Shown: positions 26,307-40,443 of the stretch, piece after piece
Layout: each line of letters begins with the position of its first letter
Numbering within the stretch: position 1 is the first letter of the stretch
From: Octopus bimaculoides
Taxonomy: Eukaryota
NCBI RefSeq assembly: GCF_001194135.2
Contig: NC_068994.1
Coordinates: 3,094,717-3,158,716 of the forward strand
Length of the DNA stretch: 64,000 bases
Direction: 5' to 3'
Position numbers and translations under genes: made by a program
The notes under the pieces: generated by a model
The model's input: only the letters and a program-made list of their open reading frames with translations
Told to the model about the DNA's origin: nothing
The model's database searches: none

Positions 26307-26308
<2 letters not shown>
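26101..26308. mobile_element. Palindromic hammerhead-like repeat family, copy 3
   Basis: Inverted arms at about 26186-26237 and 26252-26304. Minus strand reads CTGATGA-ATG TTTT CAT-GAAACTCTG aataaa CAGTGT. Confidence 0.6.
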
Positions 26309-26362
<54 letters not shown>

Positions 26363-29300
26363 GTATGTATAGATGTGTACGTGTGTATATGTCTGTGTGT
26401 GTTTGTATGTACATAATATATGTTTATAACTAATCAAATAACATATACCAATTAAATACTAATGATTTCCCAAATAGACAACATGAATTCTTGGATTTAT
26501 GAAGGAGGGAAGCTGGCTAATTGTGATGTTTAATGCCTTTTATGGTCGTTGAAGAATTAAAATTGGGTGTTGTGGTCACGTGATGGCATCCACCACAATA
26601 ATGGTTAAAATTATTATAGTAATAATGAAGCAAAGAAATTTCCATTATTTTACATCATTTCAAGCAAAATATTTTCTGTGAAACATTTTATCCCACCAAA
26701 TAATGAGAAATTTGGGTTAAATTGAACAAAACCTCTGTCCAATTCTATTAGAAAACCTATCTGCAACACTGATTGTTGCAGATATAATATTTCTATTTTT
26801 TCAATCGTCATTCTGAGCATGCAGGTCCCACCTTTACCGTTTGAAAGGTAAAAGAGAGAGAGAGACGGGGGGAGGGAGGTTGCGAGTGAACTTGATACAA
26901 TTAAAAAACCTATATATGAATGATGTTGTAATGTAGCATTATTTTGTTTTATCATATTGTCATATTTTCCTTCTGCTAATGTTGAATAGCCAAAAGAGTT
27001 GTGTGAAAGCTTTGTGAGATTTTAAGTACTGGTCTGTTGCCCTCCTATTCTGCTACATACCTCATATACAGTTCTAAAGTGCAACATACTGGTTGGTCTT
27101 GGGAGGAATGGCTGAACCTGATAACTTCACTAACCTTTTGTTTTCTTTAAAAAAAATTTACATGAATTATTTATTTCTTTTCTTATTATTTGAATTATTT
27201 TCTTTTTTTTTTCCATACAAGCAACATATTGTTTAAAATTGGTATCAATTTGCCCTAAAAATAATAACATAACCTCTCAGATTTCATATCCTATCTTAAA
27301 TTTTGAGGTGGCTTGAAAACTAAAACCAGAAAGGCATGCAATAGGGCAGAGTATGACTGGATATAATAAAGCTTTAATAAAACTGTCAAGTCACGTAAAG
27401 TCGACATCAAGCAAGGATGGCAGGATTCCCTCCCTTGAAAGGTAGGGATTAAAGGATTCCCTCCCCTGAAAGTTATTTACACGAGTTCTTTATTAAAGAA
27501 ATCAACTTGATATATTTCCCTGAGTCCCTAGAATGTGAATATGGCCCCAACACATCTATCCAGCCCAAACTAATACTAGTCAACATGAAACAATTACATT
27601 TAACAACTCATAAATCAATCTTAAATCGATTTAACAAACCACACAAAGCAATCTCCACCACATGAATTTCTCAATTACAAATCACAGCTATTGACAAATA
27701 TTGTTCATAAGTTGGATAAAAATTAAATGTTTTGGTTTGTTTTGTTGTTAATTTTTTCTTGTATGTACGTATGTTTATATGTTTTTTACAGTCTGTTACT
27801 TATTTTATATATTTTCAATTTTTAATTTAAAAAAGAAAAATTGCGTTTTTCCAATATCAAATTTATTTAATCTGTGAACCTATATCACGTGTTTTGGTTC
27901 CGGCTGTAATCATGGTGACATGATGTGTTGGCTTTCATGCTGATTGATGAATTTTTTCAATGGGAAACATCAAAGCGGTTACTGACTTACAAAAAAAAAA
28001 AGGCTAATAATAAATANNNNNNNNNNNNNNNNNNNNNNNNNNNNNNNNNNNNNNNNNNNNNNNNNNNNNNNNNNNNNNNNNNNNNNNNNNNNNNNNNNNN
28101 NNNNNNNNNNNNNNNNNNNNNNNNNNNNNNNNNNNNNNNNNNNNNNNNNNNNNNNNNNNNNNNNNNNNNNNNNNNNNNNNNNNNNNNNNNNNNNNNNNNN
28201 NNNNNNNNNNNNNNNNNNNNNNNNNNNNNNNNNNNNNNNNNNNNNNNNNNNNNNNNNNNNNNNNNNNNNNNNNNNNNNNNNNNNNNNNNNNNNNNNNNNN
28301 NNNNNNNNNNNNNNNNNNNTTTTTTTTTTTTTTTTTTTTTTTTTTCTGTGTGAACTGCACCAGTGACATTTAGCTGACCTCCTTTCCCTGACATTGGGAC
28401 CAACACAGGCAAGATACAAACAAAAACAATTGTTAAACCTTCATTTGTTATTTTATCCTGCTGAAATTGAATTTTTTAATCCATTGTACAGTACAGCTTT
28501 TTTTTTATTATACATACACCTACACTCATACACACTTACACACATATATACGTACACACCTGCATACACATTTACATAAATACATATATTATTGGTTTTT
28601 CTTTCTGTTTTCAGTGTAGCACAGTCAGTGACCTCTGGTGATAAACAGGAAAGCAAAAAGGGTGTAATTTTTCAACTTCTAAAAACCACAAATTCCTGAA
28701 ACAGCCAAACAAGCACAGTAATAGTAGCCATAATAATGATAAAAGCAATTACTATTAATAATAATAATAATTATAATAATAACAACAATAATCTAGAGTA
28801 TAGTCTACCTGCACTTGGTCGATAACTGGGAAACATTCCATTAACTGCAGTTTATCTACAAAACTTGAGATCTTAACTGTTAGATACCAGCAAAGATTGT
28901 ATTATAATAATAATATAAATAATATAATTAATACATGTATTATAGCATAATATAATCTAATATGACACATATAATATGAAATATATATATATACATCTAT
29001 ATATATATATATAAATGTATGTATGTATAATACGATATAATTAATTGTGAATATGAAATGGAGTGTTGATATTTTTTCCTATAAAAAAAATCAATAAAGC
29101 AATGAAGTAATTAGGAAGAAACAATTATATATTTAAAAAAAGAAAGAAACAAGAAAACCCAACAAAAATACATCAATATATTTCATGTCATAAATATAAA
29201 TATATATATATTTAGAAACATAAGTTAATTTGTTGTTTTTTTTGTTTTTGTTTACTTTTAATTAAATCAAGAAAATGAAGAAAATTGTTTATAAAAAGGA

Positions 29301-29964
29301 AATATTTAAAAACTGCAAAATTAAAGTATTTTGTGTCAAAATCACACATATACATACTTGCATATGCATACATGCATGCATACGCACTCATATATGTACA
29401 GATACATACATACACATACATGCATATATATAGACAGACACATACAGCATATGTACATACACATATATACAAACACATGTTTACACATATACAGATTAGC
29501 CTATATAGACACATATACACTAATACAGACATACTTTTAGAGACACATCAAAAGAAGTGATTAGAATTTATTTAAAGAGTACCATCTTAGTTGAGAAGGA
29601 CAAACTGTCAAAATATCAGCCCCTCTAACTGGTTTGTGGTCAAGCCTATGGCTGCAGAGACCTCTGACATTCTTGACCCTCAGACCACATCTCTGCTCAC
29701 TGCTATCAGAGTGGAGATGGTTATCTGCAAGTGCAGGCCCCATGAGTCAGAGTGACACCTCCAGTCCATCCCCCTCACCATCCTCCAGGGCAACGCCTTT
29801 TCCATTTCGTCTGCCAGCATCATGAGGCAGACTGACAAACCCTTTTAGATATTCCTTCACTGTGAGGAAGAGGAACAATACAATGACTGGGGCAGGGCCC
29901 TCCATCAATTTTAGAAAACTATTTCATTAAACAAAGACAAAACAGAAGACAAAAGTTAAGGAGG

Positions 29965-30163
29965 TGATCTGGCAGAACTGTTAGAACTCCAGGCAACATG
30001 CTTAGTAGCATTTCATCTGTCTTTACATTCTGAGTTCAAATTCCACCATTTCGGGGTCGATAAAATAAGTACCAGCTGAGCACAGGGGAAGGGGATCAAT
30101 GTGATCAACTTATCCACTCCTATGAAATTGCTGGCCCTGTGTCAAAATTTGAAATCAATATTA
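29965..30163 (+). mobile_element. tRNA-type SINE, family A
   Basis: ctggcagaactgttag...ttctgagttcaaattcc...ttcggggtcgataaaataagtaccag...gtcaaaatttgaaatcaata. Confidence 0.8.
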
Positions 30164-30659
30164 AGACAAAGGTTAATGTTAAGACTATTTTATATCAAGA
30201 CAAAGGTTTCTGTTAGGATAAAAAAAGTTAGCATTAAAGCAGTTTGGTTATTTAAGTGCTCAACACTACTGCCAGTTACCAAGCTTCTACGACACATTCA
30301 CATCTTAAACATGGGACAAAATAGAATTATATTTAACACAGCTACATATATACAATTCAATGACCTTTCAAACACACGCACACATATACATGTATATATG
30401 TATGTATGTATGCATGTATGTATGTATGCATGTATGTATAGTGAAAGAGTGTTTTGAAACAGTATTCTTTATTACTGCTTTGATTATGATCTCTTCTGGT
30501 TGCAGTGCTGTTTGACCAAATTCTTTCATCCAATTCCATCAAACACATCAGCCCAGACTCTACCACAGGACAAACAGATAAACTTGCAATCTTATTTATT
30601 CTGTTGAATTACTAGTTATAATGTCAATGGAGAATGCTGTCTTACATTTCTCGCCATTT

Positions 30660-30740
30660 TTACTTTGACTACTTTAGGTACAACTGTGTGTTATCTATGC
30701 AGATGCATGCATAACAAACATGTGTATATATGCAGAAATG

Positions 30741-30787
<47 letters not shown>

Positions 30788-31094
30788 TATATATAGTACA
30801 TATAAAGTGTGATTGTATGTGTATGTGTATGTATGTATGTGGGTGTATACATACACATACATGCACATGCATATGTAAATATATATATACACAAATATGT
30901 ATGTTTATGTGTGTGTGTGTATACATTCTTATATATGCATATAAATGCAAATTCACAGACATGCATATGTAAGTAGATACATGCAAATCTACTGTGTATG
31001 CATAAATACATATACATACTTATGTAGATATATATGTATTTATATATATATATATATATGTGTATATTTACATGTGTGTGTCTGTATGTGTATG

Positions 31095-31129
<35 letters not shown>

Positions 31130-31174
31130 GTATATATATGTATATGTATGTATGTGTGTGTGTATTTATATATA

Positions 31175-31215
<41 letters not shown>

Positions 31216-31668
31216 ATAAGAATATATATGCATACACACATACTTGCACATGCATACAAACATATGCACATAACTATGTGTATATATATGAATATATACA
31301 TAAGTATGTGTGTGAGTGTGTATACATACATGCATACATACACACACAAGCACACACACATGCACATGCAGACACACACGCGCGCGCGCACACACACACA
31401 CACACACATTTAAGTTTCCTGACATCTGTGATCAGATGAATACAAGGTTGAACCAATCCTCTGATGGTCTAAAATGATTATTCACAGCAGAAGGTATGAA
31501 CATAACACCAGAAATGGTTATATCATTACAGATTTTATTAATATATACACATATATACATTCCCTCAAACATCCACATACATACACACATGTGCATATTG
31601 ATATACATATATGTATACGTATACGAAGGTAAGTATATATAAATGTACATATACATAGACACACACAC

Positions 31669-31704
<36 letters not shown>

Positions 31705-31714
31705 NNNNNNNNNN

Positions 31715-31754
<40 letters not shown>

Positions 31755-32064
31755 CATTTACTTATACATATATATATATATTCATACATATACGTATATA
31801 TACATACATATATAGATACATGTATATTCAATTATATATACAAACATATATATATATATATATATATATACATACACACTACATATGAGTGTGTACATTC
31901 ATATATATCACATATACATAAACTGCATATAAATATATACATCTATATATAACTATATTTGTACATATTACTTATGTGTGTGTATGAGTTTGTATACATA
32001 CATACATACACACATATACACATATATGTGTATATATATATATATAAATGTGTATATATATATG

Positions 32065-32097
<33 letters not shown>

Positions 32098-32190
32098 GTT
32101 TATATATATGTCTATGTATATATATATATAGATATATATATATATATATACACCTCTACATATGTATGTGTGTATATATCGATGTATATA
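30660..32190. repeat. Long (AT)n/(GT)n/(AC)n microsatellite field (gap N 31705-31714)
   Basis: Directly visible. Confidence 0.9.
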
Positions 32191-33300
32191 TGAGACAAAC
32201 CAGATACTATCAAATGGAAGCTTTAACATGATATACCAGACAATAAACAGTGCAAATTATTTAAGAAAATTTCTTTTTTTCTCTGAAAATTGTCATTTTT
32301 TTTCCCCAATATTTTTTTTATCAAGGAAACAAAAAAAACATTGATGAATTAATGCTATGTTTTTTTAAACTTTATGGTTTAATGGAATATAACATGAATA
32401 AAAACCTTTTTTTGATTTTTCATTGGCCTTTCTTTATTCCTGTTTCCAATGTCAGATCAGCAATATGGTTGGGGAGTATGGGATACCCAGATCAGCTCTT
32501 TCTCATGATAAACAATGTTGTTGTTGTTGTTGTTGTTTAGCCCTGGGACAGCGATGATTGAGCTGGCTTACAATCAAATGTGTTCTAGTCATGATTGTTT
32601 CATCTTGTTTTTGTATATCCAGGACATTTTCCTCTGTGTCCTTCTTGTTGTCAGTGTAGCTGCTTAGCTCCAAGTCACCTCTGACCATGCAGACCTGTGG
32701 TCAAAGTCATTCTACTCCTGACCATCATCTCCTTTTCTTCTCAGGCGTAGGACATCTAACTCAACTTTATTCAATTAGTCTTTCCTTTCATTCAATGTAA
32801 TTTGAGAGAAATTAACTGTTCTTTCTAGGAAGTCAGACAATCACATCGGTGCACCTTAAGGTTTGTTTAGTAGTCAATAATGAAATCATCGTCATCATCG
32901 TCATCATCATCATCATCATCATGCACCATCCTCATCTTAACATCCACTTTTCCATGTTTGAATATGGAGCAGACAGAATCTATTGAGGCACAGATTTTCT
33001 ACAGCCGGATGCCTTTCCTGTCACCAACTCTCACCTGTTTCCAAGCAAGGTACTAATAATCCCATTGTTCTCCATCAAACAATGACATAATGTTTATATG
33101 AAGATCACACAACATATCAAGACATAAAGCCAGACATGCTTTTATGGTTCACTGCAAACATCCAACACCAATTGTATTTGATAGCAAAGTTGTTATTTTG
33201 TTTACAAAAACCTATCATATACGTATAGACAAGGAGAAATCAAACATAATCACACACATTCATTAAAGATATATCGTCTCCGTTATCAGTTAAACAGAAT

Positions 33301-33623
33301 TTTCTGTGGCTAAAGAGTCTCTGACTCTTATTACTAGCAATGCTGGTGCTCCCTGCACTCTTGGTCACTTTTTAGTGATGATGGATTATTTCCTTTTCTG
33401 TTTTAAATTGCATCTAGCCCACATTCTGCAGAATCAGCCACTGATTCCTATAGTAAATTCCATAAATACTGACGGGAAAAAGTTCAGCTTCACCACCTGC
33501 ATTGGAGTAAGTATTACTGATGAGGATTATCTTCTATGAGGAATTAGCATGTTAATCTAATGCACCTCACTTGTGGTGGTGGTGCTTTCTGTGGCTAAAG
33601 AGTCTCTGACTCTTATTTCTAGC
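33301..33623. repeat. Two 38-bp direct repeats (33301-33338 and 33586-33623), each with an internal 7-bp palindrome
   Basis: tttctgtggctaaagagtctctgactcttatt(a/t)ctagc occurs twice, 285 bp apart, and contains AAGAGTC-tct-GACTCTT. Confidence 0.85.
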
Positions 33624-34656
33624 TGGTGAAGGTGAATTGAACGACATCAGTGCTATATATTATAAATGGATCTATATTACATGGATTATTATGAGAACTG
33701 AATAAAATATGCCTTTATAGTTGTAATAAAAACTAGTAATTTTTTATTGATAGAATCTCGACAAATGATAGCTAACAATAAATGTTGCTATTGAATATAC
33801 AGACACCTCTGAATTCAGCAGTGGCTACAGACAGTACCTTTCCTTACCGTTTCTATTGATGCCAATGTATATTAGAAATGGATGTAAATCACAAAAAAGG
33901 AAATTAAAAAACTGGGTTTTTAATTGCTGTCCCATGAGATATTTATTCTGCACCCTGTTATAGACACTCGCGTGTTAGTCTCACTGTGATAATTCTGAAG
34001 TACGCTTGAGTTCACTTTGTTGTCGCGTAGCACTATTGTCGATCAATGAAACCAGTATCAGTTAACATAACATTGATTCAATTGACTGTAAAAACATGCT
34101 TTGTGATTCATCAAAAGGAATCAATACATTACCAAAAGAAAATCCTCTTAAAATGAAGAACTGAAGCCAAAAAAACATGAACAGTTCCTTCTGATATATT
34201 TTCATTTTTACCTTCAGATTAGCAGCATTCTGATTCCTGATTGAATAACATAATTGATTTCTAAATGTCTCCCAATATAAGAAATGTTTGCTGCTGCCAG
34301 CTTTCTTTATCTTCCCTCCTCCATTTCCATTAAGCATCATTTTCTCTTACACTTTTCACATTCTACAAAATGGATATCTCAAATGAGGCAAATCAATAAA
34401 TGAGTTCCTGCTCAGAACCAACAATGCTCTGACTATTGATCTATCAATTATTGGAACATTTCCCTGCTAATCGGTGCAGATGTAGCTGCGTGCTTCACAA
34501 CTTCACTTTGTATGTAGAGTCTCAGGTTCAATCTGAGTATATGACACCTTGAGCAAGTCTCTCTGATAATAACCTTGGGTAGACTAAAGTCTTGTGAGTG
34601 GAGTTTGGTAAATGGAAACTATGTGGAAACCCACTGAGTGGCCTGTCAGTTCTTTG

Positions 34657-34990
34657 CAGGGCCGTATTAAGACCCATGGAGGCCCTAAGCACTTAAAAGG
34701 TCTTGGTGACCCCATGTATTTGTAATTCAAAATATCAACAGTAATAAATCATAAGATAAAGTTTTATTTTTCAAAATGAAACAAAACTAACAGTAAGAGG
34801 GAAAATAATGTTTATTTTTGTATATTTCCACTTTATTTGTACATGGAAAGTTTTTTCTTCTTTTTTCAGTTGCAAAGTCTTTGATCAGATCCTCAAAACT
34901 TAATTTTACATCACACATCCACTTCTATACTTAATAGAGACAAGGCATCCTGAATATTATCTTAGCAAATTCAAAGTGATTTCTTTTGTG
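34657..34990 (-). mobile_element. hAT transposon end with a transposase C-terminal fragment
   Basis: TIR-like cagggccgtattaaga at 34657. Minus translation LSLLSIEVDV*CK.SFEDLIKDFATEK resembles the hAT C-terminal dimerisation region. Confidence 0.6.
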
Positions 34991-35115
34991 CCACAAACCA
35001 TTTACCATTTCCGTGGTTTCTCCACGCTTCCCTTGATGCCACAAGCACATGTTTCTTTGACAAAATGGTTAATCCATCGCTGGTTCTTTGGACTTGACTG
35101 AATCTGTTGCCTGGT

Positions 35116-35312
35116 TTAACCCTTTCGTTACTGTATTTCTGTTGAGATGCTCTGTAACAAAGAATTTAGTAAAATAACTTAGTTATCATTCTGCTAGTGT
35201 TAAGAACATAAATTGTGACTAATATTTGGTGGAAGATTTTTATTCAGAATTTAAGAAAACAAGACTACAGAGCCAGAATCGGTTTCAGCCAGGTTGGTAA
35301 TGAAAGGGTTAA
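35116..35312. mobile_element. piggyBac-like MITE (189 bp, 35120-35308) with TTAA target-site duplication
   Basis: TTAA|ccctttcgttac...gtaatgaaaggg|TTAA; the TIRs match at 11 of 12 positions. Confidence 0.8.
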
Positions 35313-35676
35313 CAACCGACCCACCCCACACCTGGTGCTTTGGGTGACCTTAACAGACCCCACTCAATTACAAAAATCTAGGTTCTACCTTCTGACTTTG
35401 CCTAACTTCATTTGTCCCTTTCCCTCTGTCACACAGACCCTAATTAGGGTCACAAACACAGCCATTCTTGATCTCATTCTGTTGTTCTTTATTTCTTCTA
35501 TTCCTTTATTCCTGTTCTTGTTTCTCTCATGGAACTGTGAGCCCAACTGGAGCACCAACTTAAAGGTTTTTGTCAATCGAAACAAGCCCAGTCCTTATCT
35601 GGATGCTTGTATTTATTCAGTCAGTCTTTGTCCTCAAACACCTCCACCCCTCACACTCTGTATATACACAGACACG

Positions 35677-35707
<31 letters not shown>

Positions 35708-36377
35708 GTGTGTGTATGCAAGTGTATACATGTACATATAACTGGTATAGTCGTGGACACATCACCACCACCACCACAACTATCACTCCTGACACTACAA
35801 CCATCACCACCACCACCACAATCATCACCGCCACCACAACCATCACCCCTGCCACCATCACAACCATCACCACTGCCACCACAATCAACACCATTGCCAC
35901 CACAACCATCACCACCACCACGACCATTACCACCACCACCACAACTCCAACTACAACCCCTCCCCACCACCATCTCTACTTCCATCATCACTGATTCTGT
36001 CATTATTAATCTCTTCACAGCAAACAGATCTAAAATTGAAATATGTTCCTCTAAAATAAACATATCAGACACTCAATCACTCGTTTCAACCCACCCTGGA
36101 CCACCACCACCAACATTCTCTTGCATGTTACTCTCACTCCCCCCTCACCTCTTTATTTTATGAGTTGATTATCTAAATCTTAATCCAACTGTAGACTTCT
36201 ATTCTTTCTCCCTATATACACAGACATATATATATAATGTATATACACACACATCTGCATGGACAACAGATATTAAATGATGACGATGATGATGGGGGAA
36301 TGGTTGTGGTGGTGATGATGATGATGAGGATAAGGATATACATACATATACATGTGTATGCGTGTCTGTGTGTATAC

Positions 36378-36408
<31 letters not shown>

Positions 36409-36959
36409 TATATATGTATAAATATATGTATGTATGTTTATGCATATAAGTGTATGCATGTGTGTGTCTGTCATTCTTGTCTTTCCTAAACCCCACTCCA
36501 CTACCACCACCACCACCACTTGACGAAACACTAACAAAACAATCACATGACCAAAGGATACCATCCCAGTGCAGCACTGACTGCAACACTACCAATGCCT
36601 TAAACCACCCCACAACTGGAGCCACAACTACCACACCACTGGAACTTCAACAACCACACCATTGGAACTACAAAACTAAGCAGGTATGTTCATTTTACTT
36701 ATTGCATTGTTTTTACTGCAATTAACCTGATTAATTAGTGTAATTTGTTCAGTCATTTTACTTTAGTGAGATTTTGCTGACCAAGTCTCAGTTGTCTGAA
36801 CATGGCTGAATTAAACTTAGTCTTCTGTTATATTCAACATAATAGCGGTACATTGGTCCATCCATCTGTCTACCTATCTATCTATCTACCTATCTATCTA
36901 TCTATCTACCTATCTATCTATCTATCTATCTTTCTATCTATCTATCTATCTGTCTATCT

Positions 36960-37140
36960 AGTCATCTTCTGCATTCATAGCCCATGTTTCGCTATTATAC
37001 ATCATAGTTTTAACACAGGCATCATACAATATGTCTTTCACTCTGAAGGGGGAAAAAACTTCATTGCCAGCAGTGATAGAATCTCCCTGAACTTTTTTCC
37101 AGCCCATTCTTACTGTAGATGCTTTCCATTCAAGAGCGAT
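36960..37140 (-). mobile_element. RTE-clade LINE ORF fragment
   Basis: RMGWKK...RVKDILYDACVKTMMYNSETWAM matches the RTE post-RT motif K..lY.acV...mlYgsETW. Confidence 0.7.
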
Positions 37141-37932
37141 CATCTCCCAACTAATTATATCACCTAAGTAACAAAAACTTATGACTACTTCTTGTGAGGC
37201 ATTTAAAACAGTCGATTTCCAATGGACTCAGAGTACATATTGTCCCAGTGCATACAAAGTGCACTTTCTCGGTTCACTAACCTCTGGTCCCACGACACCA
37301 TTTCTGTACCCGTAACTAATAAACACCAATATATACGTCGTTGAATGCTGCAGTTGATAGATTTAGTAACGGTTGATGGAAGAAGTGATTTCATGGCTTA
37401 TTCAGCCATCGGCTATGTTAGGCAAAACTTGAAGTTTCCGTCAACACAAATTTTACAACATTCTCCTCCTCCTTCTCATGTGTGTTTTCCATGCTGGCAT
37501 GGGTTGGACAGTTTGACAGGAGCCAATGAGGCAGAGGACTACACCAAGCTTTACTGTCTACTTTGGCAGGGTTTCTGTGGCTGGATGCCCTTCCTAATGT
37601 CAACCATTTACCCCACACACACACACACACACATACATTGCAACTGCCACTGTAATTCTCCATTATTGTATCCTTGTTTGCTTTTGTTTTATATTTATTT
37701 ATGTTTTCTATTCAAAAGTGAAAGCAGTGGCATTGGCTCCTTCGATGTGAACTTTCTGGCCCCTCAAAGATGAAATTACTATAAATAAAGGCTGTCTCCT
37801 GTCTTCACCCCAAACTACCTTACCCTGTACCCATCACAGTGCTATCACTGCAGATGAATTACCTGATGTATTCTCCCTGGGGCTTCACGAGTGAAACCAC
37901 TCTCTCAAAACTGTGTCTAACTTCATTGTGTC

Positions 37933-40236
37933 ATGTTCGCACTCTTACTAGTGTTTATAAACCTCCGGTGCTACTTGTGTGTCGACTTAATATATTATGT
38001 GGAAGAAGGCGAAAAACCAAACACATATGTTGGTGACATTGCAGCTGATTCTAAGCTTCTGAACAGCATCAGTGCCAAGGAAATGGATCTGATTCGATTC
38101 AGTCAGGTGGGGCAAGGTGTAACAGACGGTTCTCATTTCTTCCGAGTGTCAGAAAAAACAGGTAAGCTGTACACTACTCAAATACTAGATGCTGAGTCGA
38201 TGTGTGTTCAGAAAATGGAATGTTCCAGAAATGTAGACATTGCAATTAAAAAAGCTGAGACTTTTATGAAAATTCTTGAGATAAAAATATGTGTGTTGGA
38301 CCTTAATGATCATCAGCCTCAATTTCCGAAGAGTAAAGTGAAAATAGAGTTTTTAGAGGATGATAAAAGGGGGAGAATAAGGAAGATCCCAAGTGCTCTG
38401 GATAAAGATATTGGGATATTAAACTCAAAGATAGAATATCAACTGAAGGTCAGTTCTAGTGATCCCTTTTCCTTGACCGTGTCCAAACGCCTGGATGAAA
38501 CAGATGAACTTTGGATTTCTCTCAAAGACAATCTTGACAGAGAAACAAAAGATATGTACGCTATGCAGGTAATTGCTAAAGACAGTGGTATTCCACCTAA
38601 AGAGAGTGTTCTGGATGTTGAAGTAGAAGTTATTGATGTCAATGATAATCCACCAGTATTTACACAGAATGTCTACAACATTACTGCCATCAATGAAAAC
38701 TATCAGACTTCTCCGATTCTGGTGTTATCAGCAAGTGATGAAGATATGGAGAAAAATGGTGACATCACATACCACTTCAGCATCAACACACCAGAGAATT
38801 TAAAATCCCATTTTGAATTGAATGAAAAGACAGGTGAATTGTTCTTGCAAAGGAAGTTTATTTCAGGGCAGAAGCTGACACATTGGTTGTACGTTGAGGC
38901 GATTGATGGAGGCAAACCTCCTCTCAGTTCTATGGCTGCTGTTCTAGTGCGTGTCATCAATCAATTGAATCAATCACCAAAGATATACTTCAACTTTGTG
39001 TCAAGAGCATCAGGAAAAACAGCCATTATATCTGAACAGATCCAAGTCAGTAGTTTCATTGCATACATTAAAGTGGAAGATGAAGACGTGGGTCAAAATG
39101 GTGACATTGAATGTCAGATGAACCATGATAAATTCCAACTGGTTGAATTAGGTCCCAAGAAGTTCAAAGTTATTATTAAAAATAAAGTTGACAGAGAGTT
39201 GAATGACTACTATGACGTCACAATCATCTGCCATGACAAGGGTAACCCACCTTTACAGACCAAAGACAAGTTCTCAGTCATCATAACAGACATTAATGAT
39301 GAACATCCAAAATTTTCTAAGAAATTGTATCAGTTTTGGGCAAAAGAAAACAACCAAGCTAACATCTCAATCGGTGTTCTTAGTGCCACAGATGCAGACC
39401 TAGGAGCAGGGGGACAGTTACATTTCTCTCTGTCTTCCAGCAATGAATCTGATACACCATTTCAAATTTCCAAAGATGGAGTGATATCAGCAAAAGAACC
39501 ATTAGACCGTGAACAACAAGGTTGTTACAAGTTTGAAGTTGTGGCTTGTGATAGAGGGTCCCCATCACTGAGTAGCACAGCAAGTATCAATGTCATAATT
39601 ACAGATGAAAACGATAATGCACCCTATTTTACATTCCCCCCAAATAACCCCTTTCCCCTGGACATTTCTTACCACAACTCCAGTCAAAACAACATTACCA
39701 TTTTAAAGGCAAAAGACATAGACTGGGGACAGAATGCTTTCCTTACATACAACATTATCTCAGGAAATAATCGAAGCTTGTTTGATATCAACCATTACTC
39801 AGGTTTACTACTATTTGCCCGCCAAATCAGTATCAACGATTCGGGTGTCCATGAGCTACAGATATCTGTGAAGGACAGCGGTACACCTTCTCTCTCGTCT
39901 CTTACTAATTTAACTCTGACAGTAACCATTAACAACAAACAAATGAAATCAAAGACATCTGCTCAAAAACAAACAGTAGTAGGATTGGATTCAAGTTTAT
40001 TGGTCGTCATAATCCTGGTGGCTGTTGTGATGTCTGTGTCGTTTGCAATTCCACTGACATGGTGGATTATTAAATGCAACAACAGGAACAATCAGCATTA
40101 TCACCGCAAAATCCGTCCATCAGATCAAAGTGCACCTGATCCAGAGGCACATGCAAGTGCATCAACATGCAGACAACCAAACTTAGATGGAGTCAACTCT
40201 TCTGTTCTTCTTGAAACAACAGAAATTACACAACAG
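37933..40236 (+). CDS. PCDH: Protocadherin 2, large first coding exon (signal peptide, 6 EC repeats, TM, start of tail)
   Basis: MFALLLVFINL leader; DLNDHQPQF, LDRE, DVNDNPPVF, VDRE, DINDEHPKF, LDRE, DENDNAPYF; EC1 C-x5-C; TM LLVVIILVAVVMSVSFAIPLTWWII. Ends at the perfect donor CAG|GTGAGT (40236/40237, phase 0), two codons before the ORF stop. Confidence 0.93.
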
Positions 40237-40443
40237 GTGAGTTGAAAAACTTGTCTAAGCTACCAATATCTACTCTCAAAGATAGAATATAGGGTTCTGA
40301 ATACCGTACCTAATATACTCCCTCATCTTAGAACAATGTCAGACTTTCGTTTCTAGTCTAAATTCTATACATTACATGCTTCTTGCTGTTGCTTAAGCCA
40401 AGGTCTGCTCCAATTCCACACCAGTTAACCTTATGTCACTCTG

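Larger units (their letters stand above)
12489..28319. other. Assembly gaps: N 12489-13039, 15913-16304, 21775-21784, 22790-23383, 28017-28319
   Basis: N runs, mostly bounded by microsatellites or homopolymers; their content is unknown. Confidence 0.95.

Noticed and set aside
27422-27472. 20-bp direct repeat aggattccctccc.tgaaag with an NF-kB-like GGATTCCC
   Set aside because: Two copies 31 bp apart fit a simple local slippage duplication; there is no supporting context.
33301-33623. CRISPR-like look of the 38-bp palindromic repeats
   Set aside because: Only two repeats, a 247-bp spacer, animal DNA and no cas genes.
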